Part shown: piece by piece, positions 29,458 through 40,300 of the stretch
Numbering within the stretch: position 1 is the stretch's first letter
Layout of the letters: each line of letters begins with the position of its first letter
NCBI GenBank assembly: GCA_021163845.1
Contig: JAGGTH010000078.1
Location: 2,607-66,606, forward strand
DNA: 64,000 nt
Reading direction: 5' to 3'
From: Helicobacteraceae bacterium
GTDB lineage: Bacteria; Campylobacterota; Campylobacteria; Campylobacterales; Sulfurimonadaceae
The notes under the pieces: model-generated
Databases searched by the model: none
Told to the model about the DNA's origin: nothing
The model's input: the letters and a program-made list of their open reading frames with translations, nothing else
Program-made: the position numbers and the translations under genes

Positions 29458-30262
29458 AAACTATCTCCATCTCTTGATTATTTCTCATGAATATGATTTG
29501 TACACTTTTAAGCGTATCGATCTTTTCATAGATCGCTATGGCATCTTTGTAGGATGTAAGCTCTACATTGTTTGCTTTGGTAATCAAATCACCTTTTTGC
29601 AAGCCTAGCTTTTCAAAGGGTGAATTTGGCGCAATACGCTTCACCTCAAATCCTACGATCTTCCCTTTTTCTTTACGCTCTTGTATCGCTATTTGCTTCC
29701 ATATCTCTTTTGGGTTTTTTGCATAAAAATTGATATCATTTTTTGCCACTCCCACCGGTTTTGAGATATCTACACTCGGAGTTTTTTTTGTTTTAGTATA
29801 AGAGCGTACAGATTTTTTGCCCTCATACTCCATCTCTAAGATATAGGTCTGAGCACCTTTTTCAAACACTGCACTCTCAAGTTCTATACCTACGAGCTTA
29901 AAACCGCTAAAGGACTCACCAACAGCGATCACTTCAGAATTTTTAGGGCTTGCTTTGAGGGCTATCACCACCACCCCACTCTCCCCTTTGCCATAGAGCC
30001 CTTTGAGGATCATGTTGGTGATACTTATTCCCGCTTGTGAATCGCTTTGTGCATTTGTTGGCTTTTCCTCTTTTGCATACGAGAGCATACTCTCAAAACT
30101 GTAACGAACATAAGGGGGCTGGTAATTCTCACTCTCTTGGTATGACACTCCCTCATGAGGTAAGAACCAGAGCAAAACAAGACTTGAAAGTTTTACCACT
30201 AAAACCAAAACAAGTAACTTGAAGAGATATGTAAAGAGCGATGTCTTAGAGATCTTTTGCAT
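29444..30262 (-). CDS. GspC-like protein with PDZ domain
   Basis: N-terminal transmembrane helix, HR-like region, PDZ motif FEKLGLQKGDLI. Confidence 0.8.
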   Translation of the reverse strand: MQKISKTSLFTYLFKLLVLVLVVKLSSLVLLWFLPHEGVSYQESENYQPPYVRYSFESMLSYAKEEKPTNAQSDSQAGISITNMILKGLYGKGESGVVVIALKASPKNSEVIAVGESFSGFKLVGIELESAVFEKGAQTYILEMEYEGKKSVRSYTKTKKTPSVDISKPVGVAKNDINFYAKNPKEIWKQIAIQERKEKGKIVGFEVKRIAPNSPFEKLGLQKGDLITKANNVELTSYKDAIAIYEKIDTLKSVQIIFMRNNQEMEIVYEVR

Positions 30263-30776
30263 AGCTATACTCCCCAGTTTTCTCTTTTTTTAGATGACGC
30301 AAAGCATGTGCGTACTCTTTTCTCATCTTTGGTGAAGGGTTCATAAAGATCATAACTGTTCTGTTGATGAGATCAAGCTTTCCTGTAAGCTCACCAAAGC
30401 CACCTTTTGCGTAGATATTGACTGCTACGGGGTTAAAGAGATGATAACTCAACTCCACAGATTCTACATCCAAAGGTACAAATGATTTTGCAGCGTGTGA
30501 GAGCTCTATATTCCTAAGTGTCACACTATTGGTGAATACCCAAGGGCTGATTTTGAGCTGCTCAATATTTGCACTCTCGATCCCCTCAAAATAAACCTTA
30601 GCATCTCGGAGTTCAAGTGAAAAGCCACTATCGTGAAGCTTCTCATTTGAGATCACAATTTTAAGAGGTTCAAGCTGTTTCTCAGCCAAGTAAAAGAGCT
30701 CTACTTTTGGAAGAAAAAAGAGCACCATCGCCAAGAAAAAGAAAAGATATCCAAAAAATTTTGCTATTTTTACCAT
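30246..30776 (-). CDS. GspN-like T2SS accessory protein
   Basis: Single N-terminal transmembrane helix (FFLPK) and operon position. Confidence 0.5.
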   Translation of the reverse strand: MVKIAKFFGYLFFFLAMVLFFLPKVELFYLAEKQLEPLKIVISNEKLHDSGFSLELRDAKVYFEGIESANIEQLKISPWVFTNSVTLRNIELSHAAKSFVPLDVESVELSYHLFNPVAVNIYAKGGFGELTGKLDLINRTVMIFMNPSPKMRKEYAHALRHLKKEKTGEYSYAKDL

Positions 30777-31177
30777 TGGATCTCCAATCTTATACGCGCT
30801 TTTTCGTCGCTAATACGTTGCAAGTTTATCTCTTTGATCTCATAGGAGCCATTGAGTATTTTACCCATAAGAGTATTGAGATTGGCAAGGTCAATACTCA
30901 TTGCCGAGATCACCGTATTTTTTTTACTCTCTACCTTATTCAGCTCTACCCCTTTTGCTTGGAGCTGTTTGATAAGCTGATCGAGCTTTGACTGGAGCAC
31001 TTTTTCTTGCGTATAGACACTTTTGATCCCATTGAGGCGAAGTGCGAGCTCACGGGTCTCTTGATAAGAATTTGCTTGCTCTTTATATTCCTCTTTTGCC
31101 TTTGAAAGTTGAAACACACTAAAGAGAAAAAAGATCACCAAAAGCCCTAGGATGTAGAGAGGATTTATCTTATTCAT
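30770..31177 (-). CDS. GspM-like T2SS platform protein
   Basis: Transmembrane helix, coiled coil, small ferredoxin-like tail; operon position. Confidence 0.55.
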   Translation of the reverse strand: MNKINPLYILGLLVIFFLFSVFQLSKAKEEYKEQANSYQETRELALRLNGIKSVYTQEKVLQSKLDQLIKQLQAKGVELNKVESKKNTVISAMSIDLANLNTLMGKILNGSYEIKEINLQRISDEKARIRLEIQW

Positions 31178-32088
31178 AGTTTCACCTCACATACGAGCTT
31201 CTCTTGTGATTTTTTCGCACTCAAATCAAGCCCCTCTTTTTTGAGAATATTTTCTATCTTTTGTGCATTTTTTGTTTGAAACTCTACTATAAGTTTTTCC
31301 CCTTTGAGCTCAAGACTCACAAGTTTTTCATCGCCACTGAGCTTTGGCGCTATCACTTTTGCAATACTCTCACGTATCTTCATCTGTTTTGTATGCAGTG
31401 CTTCATATTTTTTGAGCATCGCTTTGTTTTGCATCATTGTTTGTTTGAGCTTATACTTGCTAAAAAGTTCCTCTTTTTGGCTTTGTATCTGCGAGGCATC
31501 GCTTTGGATCTTATATGCCTGGGCTAAAAACATCACAGCGAGTACAAAGACAGCCACACTCAAACGATAAAAGACCGAGGTATCAACTATATGATGAAAA
31601 AGGGAGAGTTTCACTTTATGTTTTGAAAGCTCTAAGGTCTCTACATCAAGGGGCTCTAAATCCCCAAGCCAAGTTTTTTGTAATACAAGTACGATGTCAT
31701 CTTTGGATATAAGTGCGTGTGTATCAGAGATACTCACAGGGTTTTGCAGTCCTACTAGCTCACTTTGGGCAAAATAAACAGCCTCGACATTGGAACCAGT
31801 AAGACCTTTTTGCTCCATCAATGAGAGGATCTTTTTATCATCATAGGCAAAAGCTATGTAATGATCCCCCTCTTTATACGCTTCATAACTGTAATTTCCC
31901 TCTATGAGGTGCTCTTCAAATAAGGAGGGCAAAAGTTTTTTCACCTCCCTGAGATACTTGATAGGAACACTCAGTTTTTTCACCCAATACAAGGAGGGAG
32001 AGAGGATAACATTCACCTTCTCCTGAGATGTATAAGCATCACTTTCATAGTCCAAAAAGATCGTCTTACACTTAGATTTCGTAAACAA
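31174..32088 (-). CDS. GspL-like T2SS platform protein
   Basis: Cytoplasmic domain, one central transmembrane helix and periplasmic coiled coil; operon position. Confidence 0.55.
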   Translation of the reverse strand: MFTKSKCKTIFLDYESDAYTSQEKVNVILSPSLYWVKKLSVPIKYLREVKKLLPSLFEEHLIEGNYSYEAYKEGDHYIAFAYDDKKILSLMEQKGLTGSNVEAVYFAQSELVGLQNPVSISDTHALISKDDIVLVLQKTWLGDLEPLDVETLELSKHKVKLSLFHHIVDTSVFYRLSVAVFVLAVMFLAQAYKIQSDASQIQSQKEELFSKYKLKQTMMQNKAMLKKYEALHTKQMKIRESIAKVIAPKLSGDEKLVSLELKGEKLIVEFQTKNAQKIENILKKEGLDLSAKKSQEKLVCEVKL

Positions 32089-32986
32089 AATTAGACCCTT
32101 TCTTTGATTTCATATCATATTCGAATACGACACTCGCTTTGAGATCGTTTTGGAACATCGTCACCTTTACAAAAAGTACACTTTCATAAAATGAGATATT
32201 AAAACGCCCAAGCCTCTCTTTTTCAAAATCACTCAGCTCAAAACACTCATAATTACTACACATTCCAGCCAAAGCATAAAGCTGCTCGGCACGTGCTTCT
32301 TCACATCCCAAGAGAAACTTCCAAACCTCAGGCTTTGCAAAATTAAGATCAATAGGAGTGTCTCTATTTTTTGAGTAATAGAAGAGCGAATCAAAATCTA
32401 TTTGCGTATGTGTATTATAACGATATCTGTCACGAAAATAATCATTCAAGTACCCTAGATGTGCTTTTGAAGCGAGATAATCTCGAAAAAGTTTGGGATG
32501 TAGGGTAAAGATATCTGTATTGTAAGAAAAGTCCTCTTTAATACCCATCATCGCATCGAGTAAAAGATCAGCATAGATATAATCAACATTATAGCGACTG
32601 AGATATTCTTTGAAGGTATCAACTCTTTGGATGTTGAAGGTGCTGTTTGTGTCTTTAAAAACATTAGGGTTGATCTTAGAACGTGCAGATTCTATCTCTA
32701 AGATCACCTCCATCTCATTGGTGCTGAGTGGAAGGTAGCCCACTTGAGACAAAAAAACATAGAGCCCCTCACTTGAGTTGCTATCTACGATACTATCGAG
32801 CTCTTTAGAGCTTTTTAAAAGACTCAAAACATCATCTAAAAGTAAACGTGTTTGGAGTAAAAACTTCTCTTTTTGGATATCGCTTGCCATAGAGTTGACA
32901 TGGCGCAAGCCAATACCTACAAGGACCGTAATCGCGATGATAAAAAAAAGGGTAATAAGCAGAGCTATACCGTTTTTACTTCGCAT
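32072..32986 (-). CDS. GspK-like pseudopilin
   Basis: KNGIALLITL N-terminus (class III signal without Glu5), IDLNFA helix-hairpin-helix region. Confidence 0.7.
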   Translation of the reverse strand: MRSKNGIALLITLFFIIAITVLVGIGLRHVNSMASDIQKEKFLLQTRLLLDDVLSLLKSSKELDSIVDSNSSEGLYVFLSQVGYLPLSTNEMEVILEIESARSKINPNVFKDTNSTFNIQRVDTFKEYLSRYNVDYIYADLLLDAMMGIKEDFSYNTDIFTLHPKLFRDYLASKAHLGYLNDYFRDRYRYNTHTQIDFDSLFYYSKNRDTPIDLNFAKPEVWKFLLGCEEARAEQLYALAGMCSNYECFELSDFEKERLGRFNISFYESVLFVKVTMFQNDLKASVVFEYDMKSKKGSNFVYEI

Positions 32987-32989
32987 CTC

Positions 32990-34201
32990 TCACCCTACAC
33001 TCATCGAAAAGATAGGTAAAAGCATCGCGGCAACAATAAAACCGATGCTTCCCCCAACAAAAAGCATCAAAGCGGGCTCTAAGAGGGTAAGTAAAAAAGA
33101 GATCTTGTCGCGATTTTCTTCAAAGTAAAGCTCCGAAACATTGGTAAGCACACTCTCTAATTCCGAGGTCTCCTCCCCAAGAGCAAGCGCTTGAACGAAA
33201 CCAAAATCAACATACTTAGAATCAGCGATCGCCTTTGAGAGCACTTTTCCCTCAACCACCTGACTTGAGGCTTTGACAAACAGTTCTTTGAGTACACGGT
33301 TGTTTAAGATATTGGCACTGAGATTGATCGTCTGCACAAATGGTACGCCAGAACGCACCAAGAGTGATGCCATATAAGCAAAACGTGCAAGCTCACTCTT
33401 TTGCACGATAGCCCCGAAATAAGGCATAGAGAGCACAAATTTATCCACAAGATAGGCAAAAGAGTAGATCTTCTTTTTCGCGATCACAAAGAGCGATACA
33501 CCCACAAAAATGAGAACAAGTAAGAGTTTGTAGTTGTTGTTAAAAAAATCACCCATAGCGATCACGAACTGTGTAGGGCGCGGAAGCTCTTGGTTCATAC
33601 TCTCAAAGATACCCGTGATCTGTGGCACAACAAAGCTAAGCATAAAAGCGATCATAAGCAAAGAGATCACGATCATAAAACCAGGATATGCAAAAGCCCC
33701 TTTTATCTCTTTGGCAATGCGCTCTTGCTCTTTTAAAAAGCGGGAGAGTTCGAGTAAGACTTCATCTAAAATACCTCCATTTTCACTCACTTTAATAGAG
33801 TGTTTGAAAAACTCAGGAAGCTCCACGACACTCTGCTCTTCGAGTGCTGTATAAAAGTTCTTTCCCTCATCGAGATGTGTACCGACAGTACTTAAAAAGA
33901 GTGCGATTTTTTTGTTGTTTTGATAGTGTGTCTGCACGATTTTGATCGCCGAGACGATACTGATACCCGAGCGGATATACATAGAGAGTTCGCGAGAGAG
34001 TGCTGAGAGCTCTTTGGGTGGGATCTTGTAGCGCATAGAAAAAGAGAAATTCTCAAGCAAAGATGCACTCTCTTGTGAAATACTCTGCAATAGTATCTTC
34101 TTTGCTTTTATCTTTGCTTTTGCCTCTTCAAGCGAGGTGGCTTCTACCTTTTGTTTGAGCTTTTTGCCACTCTCATCAATCCCTACATATTTAAATAACA
34201 A
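32990..34201 (-). CDS. gspF: T2SS inner-membrane platform protein
   Basis: Two T2SSF domains (SGISIV..A, AFAYPGF, GEETSEL, LLEPALM); TTG start with GAGGG Shine-Dalgarno. Confidence 0.93.
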   Translation of the reverse strand: MLFKYVGIDESGKKLKQKVEATSLEEAKAKIKAKKILLQSISQESASLLENFSFSMRYKIPPKELSALSRELSMYIRSGISIVSAIKIVQTHYQNNKKIALFLSTVGTHLDEGKNFYTALEEQSVVELPEFFKHSIKVSENGGILDEVLLELSRFLKEQERIAKEIKGAFAYPGFMIVISLLMIAFMLSFVVPQITGIFESMNQELPRPTQFVIAMGDFFNNNYKLLLVLIFVGVSLFVIAKKKIYSFAYLVDKFVLSMPYFGAIVQKSELARFAYMASLLVRSGVPFVQTINLSANILNNRVLKELFVKASSQVVEGKVLSKAIADSKYVDFGFVQALALGEETSELESVLTNVSELYFEENRDKISFLLTLLEPALMLFVGGSIGFIVAAMLLPIFSMSVG

Positions 34202-34238
34202 TGCACCCTCATTCTTACGTCAAATTAACTTCTTTGAA

Positions 34239-34271
34239 ATACTAAATCATTTTTGTTACCGAAGCGTTACG
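34239..34271 (-). promoter_or_regulatory. Pho-box-like repeat plus -10 element upstream of gspF
   Basis: Minus strand CGTAAC (34271-34266) and GGTAAC (34260-34255); 10 nt later TAGTAT (34244-34239). Confidence 0.55.
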
Positions 34272-34300
34272 ATATTGTAATCAAAAAGTATTAAAAGCAA

Positions 34301-37300
34301 CTAATTCAAGCCTGTCAAATCTATGATTTGAAGACCTGATTGATGATCCGCCACATATGCTTTGGTGCCATCAGCTGAGAGCGTGACATCTTGTGCATTA
34401 CTTGGAGTATCAAAAGAGCCTAGCTTTGTTGGTGCAGTAGGATTAGTAATATCTATAATTTGTACTCCTGAATAACTATTTGCCACATACGCCTTGGTAC
34501 CATGCGCTACATACGCCTTAGTACCATCGGCTGAGAGCGTGACATCTTGTGCATAACCTGGAGTATCAAAAGAGCCTAAACGTGTCGGCGATGTTGGATC
34601 GGTAATATCGATGATGTGAACTCCTGATTGATAATCTGCCACATACGCCTTAGTTCCATCTGCCGAAAGAGTTACATCGACTGCAGAACCTGGTGTATCA
34701 AATGAGCCTAAGTGTATCGGTGCAGTTGGGTCATTTACATCGATAATCTGAAATCCTGACCAACTATCCGCCACATACGCCTTAGTTCCATCTGCTGAGA
34801 GAGTTACACTCTGCGCGTAACTAGGTGTACCAAAAGAGCCTAAATGAGTTGGTGTCGCAGGGTCGATGATATCAATAATCTGTAATCCTGAATTGTAATC
34901 TGCTACATATGCTGTGGTGCCGTCTGCTGAGAGAGTTACATCCTGTGTAGAGCCAGGAGTATCAAAAGAGCCTAAACGTGTCGGTGCCGTAGAGTCGGTA
35001 ATATCAATAATCTGAAGTCCTGAACCACCATCTGCCACATACGCCTTAGTGCCATCTGCTGAAAGAGTGACACCATATGCATAGCTAGGTGTATCAATAG
35101 AACCTAAATGAGTTGGTGTCGCAGGGTCGGTAATATCAATAATCTGCAATCCTGAGTTGTAATCTGCCACATACGCCTTGGTGCCATCTGCTGAGAGAGT
35201 TACATATTGTGCCCTAGAGGTATCAAAACTAGCTACAAGTGCTTTGATATTTATGCTGATTGGAAAATCATTACTCCCATAGCTATTGATAGCCGTTACT
35301 TCAAGCTCATAATCTGCTTTGACGAAGTGATGTAACTCTGCCTCTTCACTCACGTAAATCTCACCTGAACTGTTGATATAAAAATATTCAGATCCTTCAC
35401 CACTGAGAGCTATGTATGAGATGGTAGTATTATCATCAACTAACATCTCTAGTTTTCCTACAAGAGTGTCTGGCGGAGTCATACTATTTATAGTTTTGCT
35501 AAATGGCTTTATCTCTGGTATAGAGTGCACACGAATCGTAACATCTGTTTCTCTCTCACCTATGCTATTTGTAGCAATCGCTTTGAGTGTATAGATGTTG
35601 TCTGCTCTAGCTTCCAATTGCTTTGCAAGGCTAATTCTACCTTCTTGATCTATACTAAAATCTTCAGCTCTCTCACCATCTAATCTAAAAGATGTAATCC
35701 CACTTTCACCCGTATAGTAAATCTTAACCGCACCTATAAAACTTCCCTCTACAAGAGATGCTTCTATTACGCTTGAAAAGCCTTTAATACTAGGCACTTT
35801 TTGCTCTACGTTAAAACCACTTACATCTATAATCTGAAGTCCTGAGTTTCGATCTGCTACATATGCCTTGGTGCCATCTGCTGAGAGAGTAACACCCCAT
35901 GCATAATTTGGAGTATTTATAGAAGCCAAAAGTATTGGTGTAATCGGATCGGTGATATCAATGATCTGTAGTCCTGAACTATCATCAGCCACATATGCTT
36001 TGGTGCCATCAGCTGAGAGCGTGACATCCAGTGCATAACCTGGAGTATTAAAAGAGCCTAAACGTGTCGGTGTCGTAGAGTCGGTAATATCAATAATCTG
36101 TAATCCTGAATTGTAATCTGCCACATACGCCTTAGTGCCATCTGCTGAGAGAGTGACACCGTATACATTATTAGGAGTATCAAAAGAGCCTAAACGTATC
36201 GGTGCAGTTGGGTCACTTACATCTATGACTTGCAATCCTGAACCACCATCTGTCACATACGCTTTAGTTCCATCTGCTGAAAAAGTGACACCGTTTGCAT
36301 AACCTGATGTATCAAAAGAGCCTAGTGTTATTAGTGCTGTTGGATCAGTAATATCAATGATCTGAAGTCCTGAACCACCATCTGCCACATACGCCTTAAT
36401 GCCATCTGCTGAGAGCGTGACATCCAGTGCATAACCTGGAGTATTAAAAGAGCCTATACGTGTCGGTGCAGTTGGGTCACTGACATCTATAATTTGAAAT
36501 CCTGACCAACCATCCGCCACATATGCCTTAGTGCCGTCTGCTGAAAGAGTTACACCGTTTGCATAATCTGATGTATCAAAAGAGCCTAGTTTTGTTGGTG
36601 CTGTTGGATCACCTACATCTATGATTTGCAATCCTGAACCACCATCTGCCACATACGCCTTGGTGCCATCCGCTGAGAGAGTAACACTCCATGCAGTATC
36701 AGGTGTATCAAAAGAACCAATAATACGATGATGCACATTGATAGTTAGTGTGGCTTCGTACATTTCGTTTATAAGGACTGTCAAGTCGTAATAATCTTGT
36801 CGTGATGCTTGAAGTGTTACGCCTTGGGCGACTCTTATCACACCATCAGTCTCTACTGTAAAATCACTACTACCATCTCCACTAAGAGAGATACTCTGTA
36901 TATCGTTACCGTTTTTGATGATAGGAAGTTTGCCTATCTGAATGAGGGCAGTGCTATTATCAAAAGCTTTGAGTGAACTATCGTCAAGTACAGGAGTTGT
37001 GATGAGAGTAATCCTTACTATAGCTTCATTACTTATACCAAAACTATTTGTGAGTGTGGCATGCAGTTCGAAATGTGTATCATCTTGTTCTAGCAAAGAA
37101 TTCGAGACTTTAATATTTCCATTTTTTTCAAGTGTAAAAAACGGACTGTTTGAGAAAGAGAACTCAGTAATTATCCCATCTCCCTTATCCAAAAGAAGAT
37201 TTCCTATAATACTTCCTATGGCAATTTCTTTGTTGATTGAAATATTAAGATCGCGTAAAGTAGGTGGGGTATCGATAAGGTTGTTTAAGCTTATATGGAG

Positions 37301-40300
37301 ATACTTAGGATCACTTAAGCCGACTACATTCGATGCTTGTACCATGAGATGTATAAAATGTTGCTTTTCATAATCTAAAACCGCTAAAGGTGCTACTTTG
37401 ATTGTTCCATTGGCATCAATAACAAACTGTGATGTATCTTCAAGATGATAGCCATCTATTGGAGCATCCCCATGAGATACAACCTCTATTTGACCTACTA
37501 TGCTTCCTGCTACTAAGTTCTCATTGACAGTAGCCTGAAAATTATTGATTATTGGCAATTCTCCTTGCCCCAAAAGCTCGACTTTTATATCTTTTGGCAA
37601 GCTTTCTCCGCTACTATTGACAAAAGCAACAGTAAAATCATAGGTCTTTTTAAGTTCAAAACTCTCTAGTACTGTTTTTATACGAATAGTTCCGTTGGTA
37701 TCTACATCAAAGTAATGTGCATCATCACCATTGAGTTCTACATGTGTGAGCGGTGAGTCTCCTGTATGAAAATTGATCTGACCTATGATGCTATCTACAG
37801 TTATGTTTGCAAATACCGTAGAGAGATTAACATCATAAATCTCAGGGATATCCTGTATATTTAGCACATTGATCTCTATAGGGATAGAGCTACTTCCTGC
37901 TGTATTAGTCGCTGTTACACTAAGACCAAAGTACCTTTGTCCTCTGTCATAGTCAAGGATATTTCCTGCTTTTACGCGTAGATCGCCGCTAGGATCAAGG
38001 CTCAATTTTTCACTTCCTGTTCCACTGAGCGTCAAGGATGTAACTGGGCTATCACCCGCATGAAAATCTATTTTGCCTATACTGTCATCATTCTCAAAAA
38101 CATCAAAATATATGCTTGAAGCTGAAAAACTCGGTTTCTCGTCTACAACATCTTTCAGCCGTACAATGAGATTAACGCCATAGCTCCATCCTGCTTCATT
38201 ACGCGCTTTTACTTTTAGTTTATATTCTGGATCTGTCTCGAAATTAAGTGTTTTTGCAGTTCGTACTACTCCCTGTGCATCCACATGAAAGTACTCTTTT
38301 TTATCACCTATGATCTCATACTCATAGATAGCCCCACTTCCGTTATCAAGTATCTCTATATTACCTAAAATAGTCTCTATAGCGACATTTTCTGCGATAT
38401 CATTGACTACAAAATCGTCTAGTACCACTGCTCGTTCTAGGATATCATCTACAAATATATGTACCTCGACAACCTGACTCGAACCAAAGGCATTTGTAGC
38501 TGTAGCTTGAAGTACATAATGATTTTTTTGTTCATAATCCAAAATATTTTTGGCAACAAGGATTGTCCCGTTATCTAAGATCTTAAAAGCTCCACTAGAA
38601 TCACCGAGCAAAGAGACCGACTCTATCGGTACAGAACCTGTATCAAAAACGATTTGCCCTACTACTGTATTGACAGCTGCATTTTCTTTGACATTTCCAC
38701 CGCTAAATGACACAAAAGAGGGAACATCAAGAGTGTCTATGACCGAGATGAAGATGTTTTGGCTTGCCATGCCATAGGTATTACTTAGGTGCACTGTGAG
38801 TATATAAAAGTTGTAGCTTTCATAATCTAAGGCTGCATTTGGTGCGACCCTCACTATTCCATCGATATCGATGCTAAAGTTTTGAGATCCAGCGCCTTCT
38901 AAGGTGATACTGTCAATCTCTGCGCCACCTTTATCAAATATCACTTCACCGACAACACTCCCGCTTGTAGCATCTTCGTGTATATAACCACCTTTATAAT
39001 CCGTGACTTTTGGGCTGTCTGCTACATCATCTATATTGATATAAACGATAGCAGGCATAGAGTTGCCATAGCTATTTTTTGCTATCACCACAAAACCATA
39101 AGAGTACTTGCTCTCATAGTCAAACGAAGCACCTTGAGCGACTGTGATAGTGCCATCTATAGTAATATCAAAGAGGTCTGTAGATTCACCTTGCATCTCT
39201 ATAGCTGCGATAGGTGCGGCTCCCTTATCAAAAGTTATTTTTCCTACTGTATCTCCTGGCTTTGCGTCTTCGCTTATCTTTTGGGCTTCATAAGAGACAA
39301 AGATAGGAGCATCTACGATATCTTTTACAGAAATATAAACACCTACTTTTCCAGAACTTCCGTTTTTATTGATAGCTTCTGCTTTGAGTTTATAGAGCCA
39401 TTTGGTCTCATAGTCTAGCTTAGCATCCTCTTTGAGCTTGATCTCACCACTGGCATCTATAGTAAAGAGTTCACTTCCTTTTCCTGACAAGCTGGCAAAT
39501 GTCAGGTCTTCACTTCCTCTTAAAATCTCTATAGATCCGAGTATAGTACCTCCTACAGCATCTTCTGGTATGCTTGAGACAAAGGTTTTGATAATAGGTG
39601 GTTTATACTCATCTACAACTGTTTGCGTGCTATTGTCATCACTACTTTTGAGATAAACATACTCATAAGCTTCTTCGTAAATACTTTCATTTGCGTAGAT
39701 CTTCTCTACCATTGCATCGAGGGGTTCATAAAATTGGAGTAAAAGATCTTTGTCTATAGCAGGCAACCAAGCTATGAGATCTTCGTTTGAGATATTTAGC
39801 TCTTCAGATTGCGGGTAGATTTTATAACGTAAAAGTCTCGATGCTATCTCTTTTATTTTTTCTTCCAATTGTTGTGCAGTGGCATCCTTTTGTATCATAT
39901 CTTCTAAAAGGGTAAAAGCGACAGTTGTAAGAATATTGATCTTAAAACCTGTGTTTTTGATATCTTCACCTTTTATAAGGGCATAAGCCTTTCCAAGGTT
40001 TTGTGTAGGGATAGTATCTATAGTAAAGTCATCATCTCTATCGATATCTTCGCCCCCTTGTACTTTGATGACATAAAATATTTCATCCTCTAGTGTTTCT
40101 AGAATACCTTGCGGTATATCGACTTCACCTGCATCATAGAGAGTCTCTCCATAGCTTGTAACACCATCATAGATAGAGCTTTGTGTGCGGTAGCCATCTA
40201 GTGTATAGATACTAAAGTCTGCGCCACGAATAGGACCATAATTAGCCTGTTTTTTTAACGGTATGATCTCATACTCACAAGGGATACACTTACAACTAAG

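Noticed and set aside
34304-36718. 132-bp periodic repeats as a CRISPR array or DGR template/variable pair
   Set aside because: They are in-frame coding repeats with no unique spacers, and no cas or reverse transcriptase gene is in the window. Variation is not limited to adenine positions as far as I can see.
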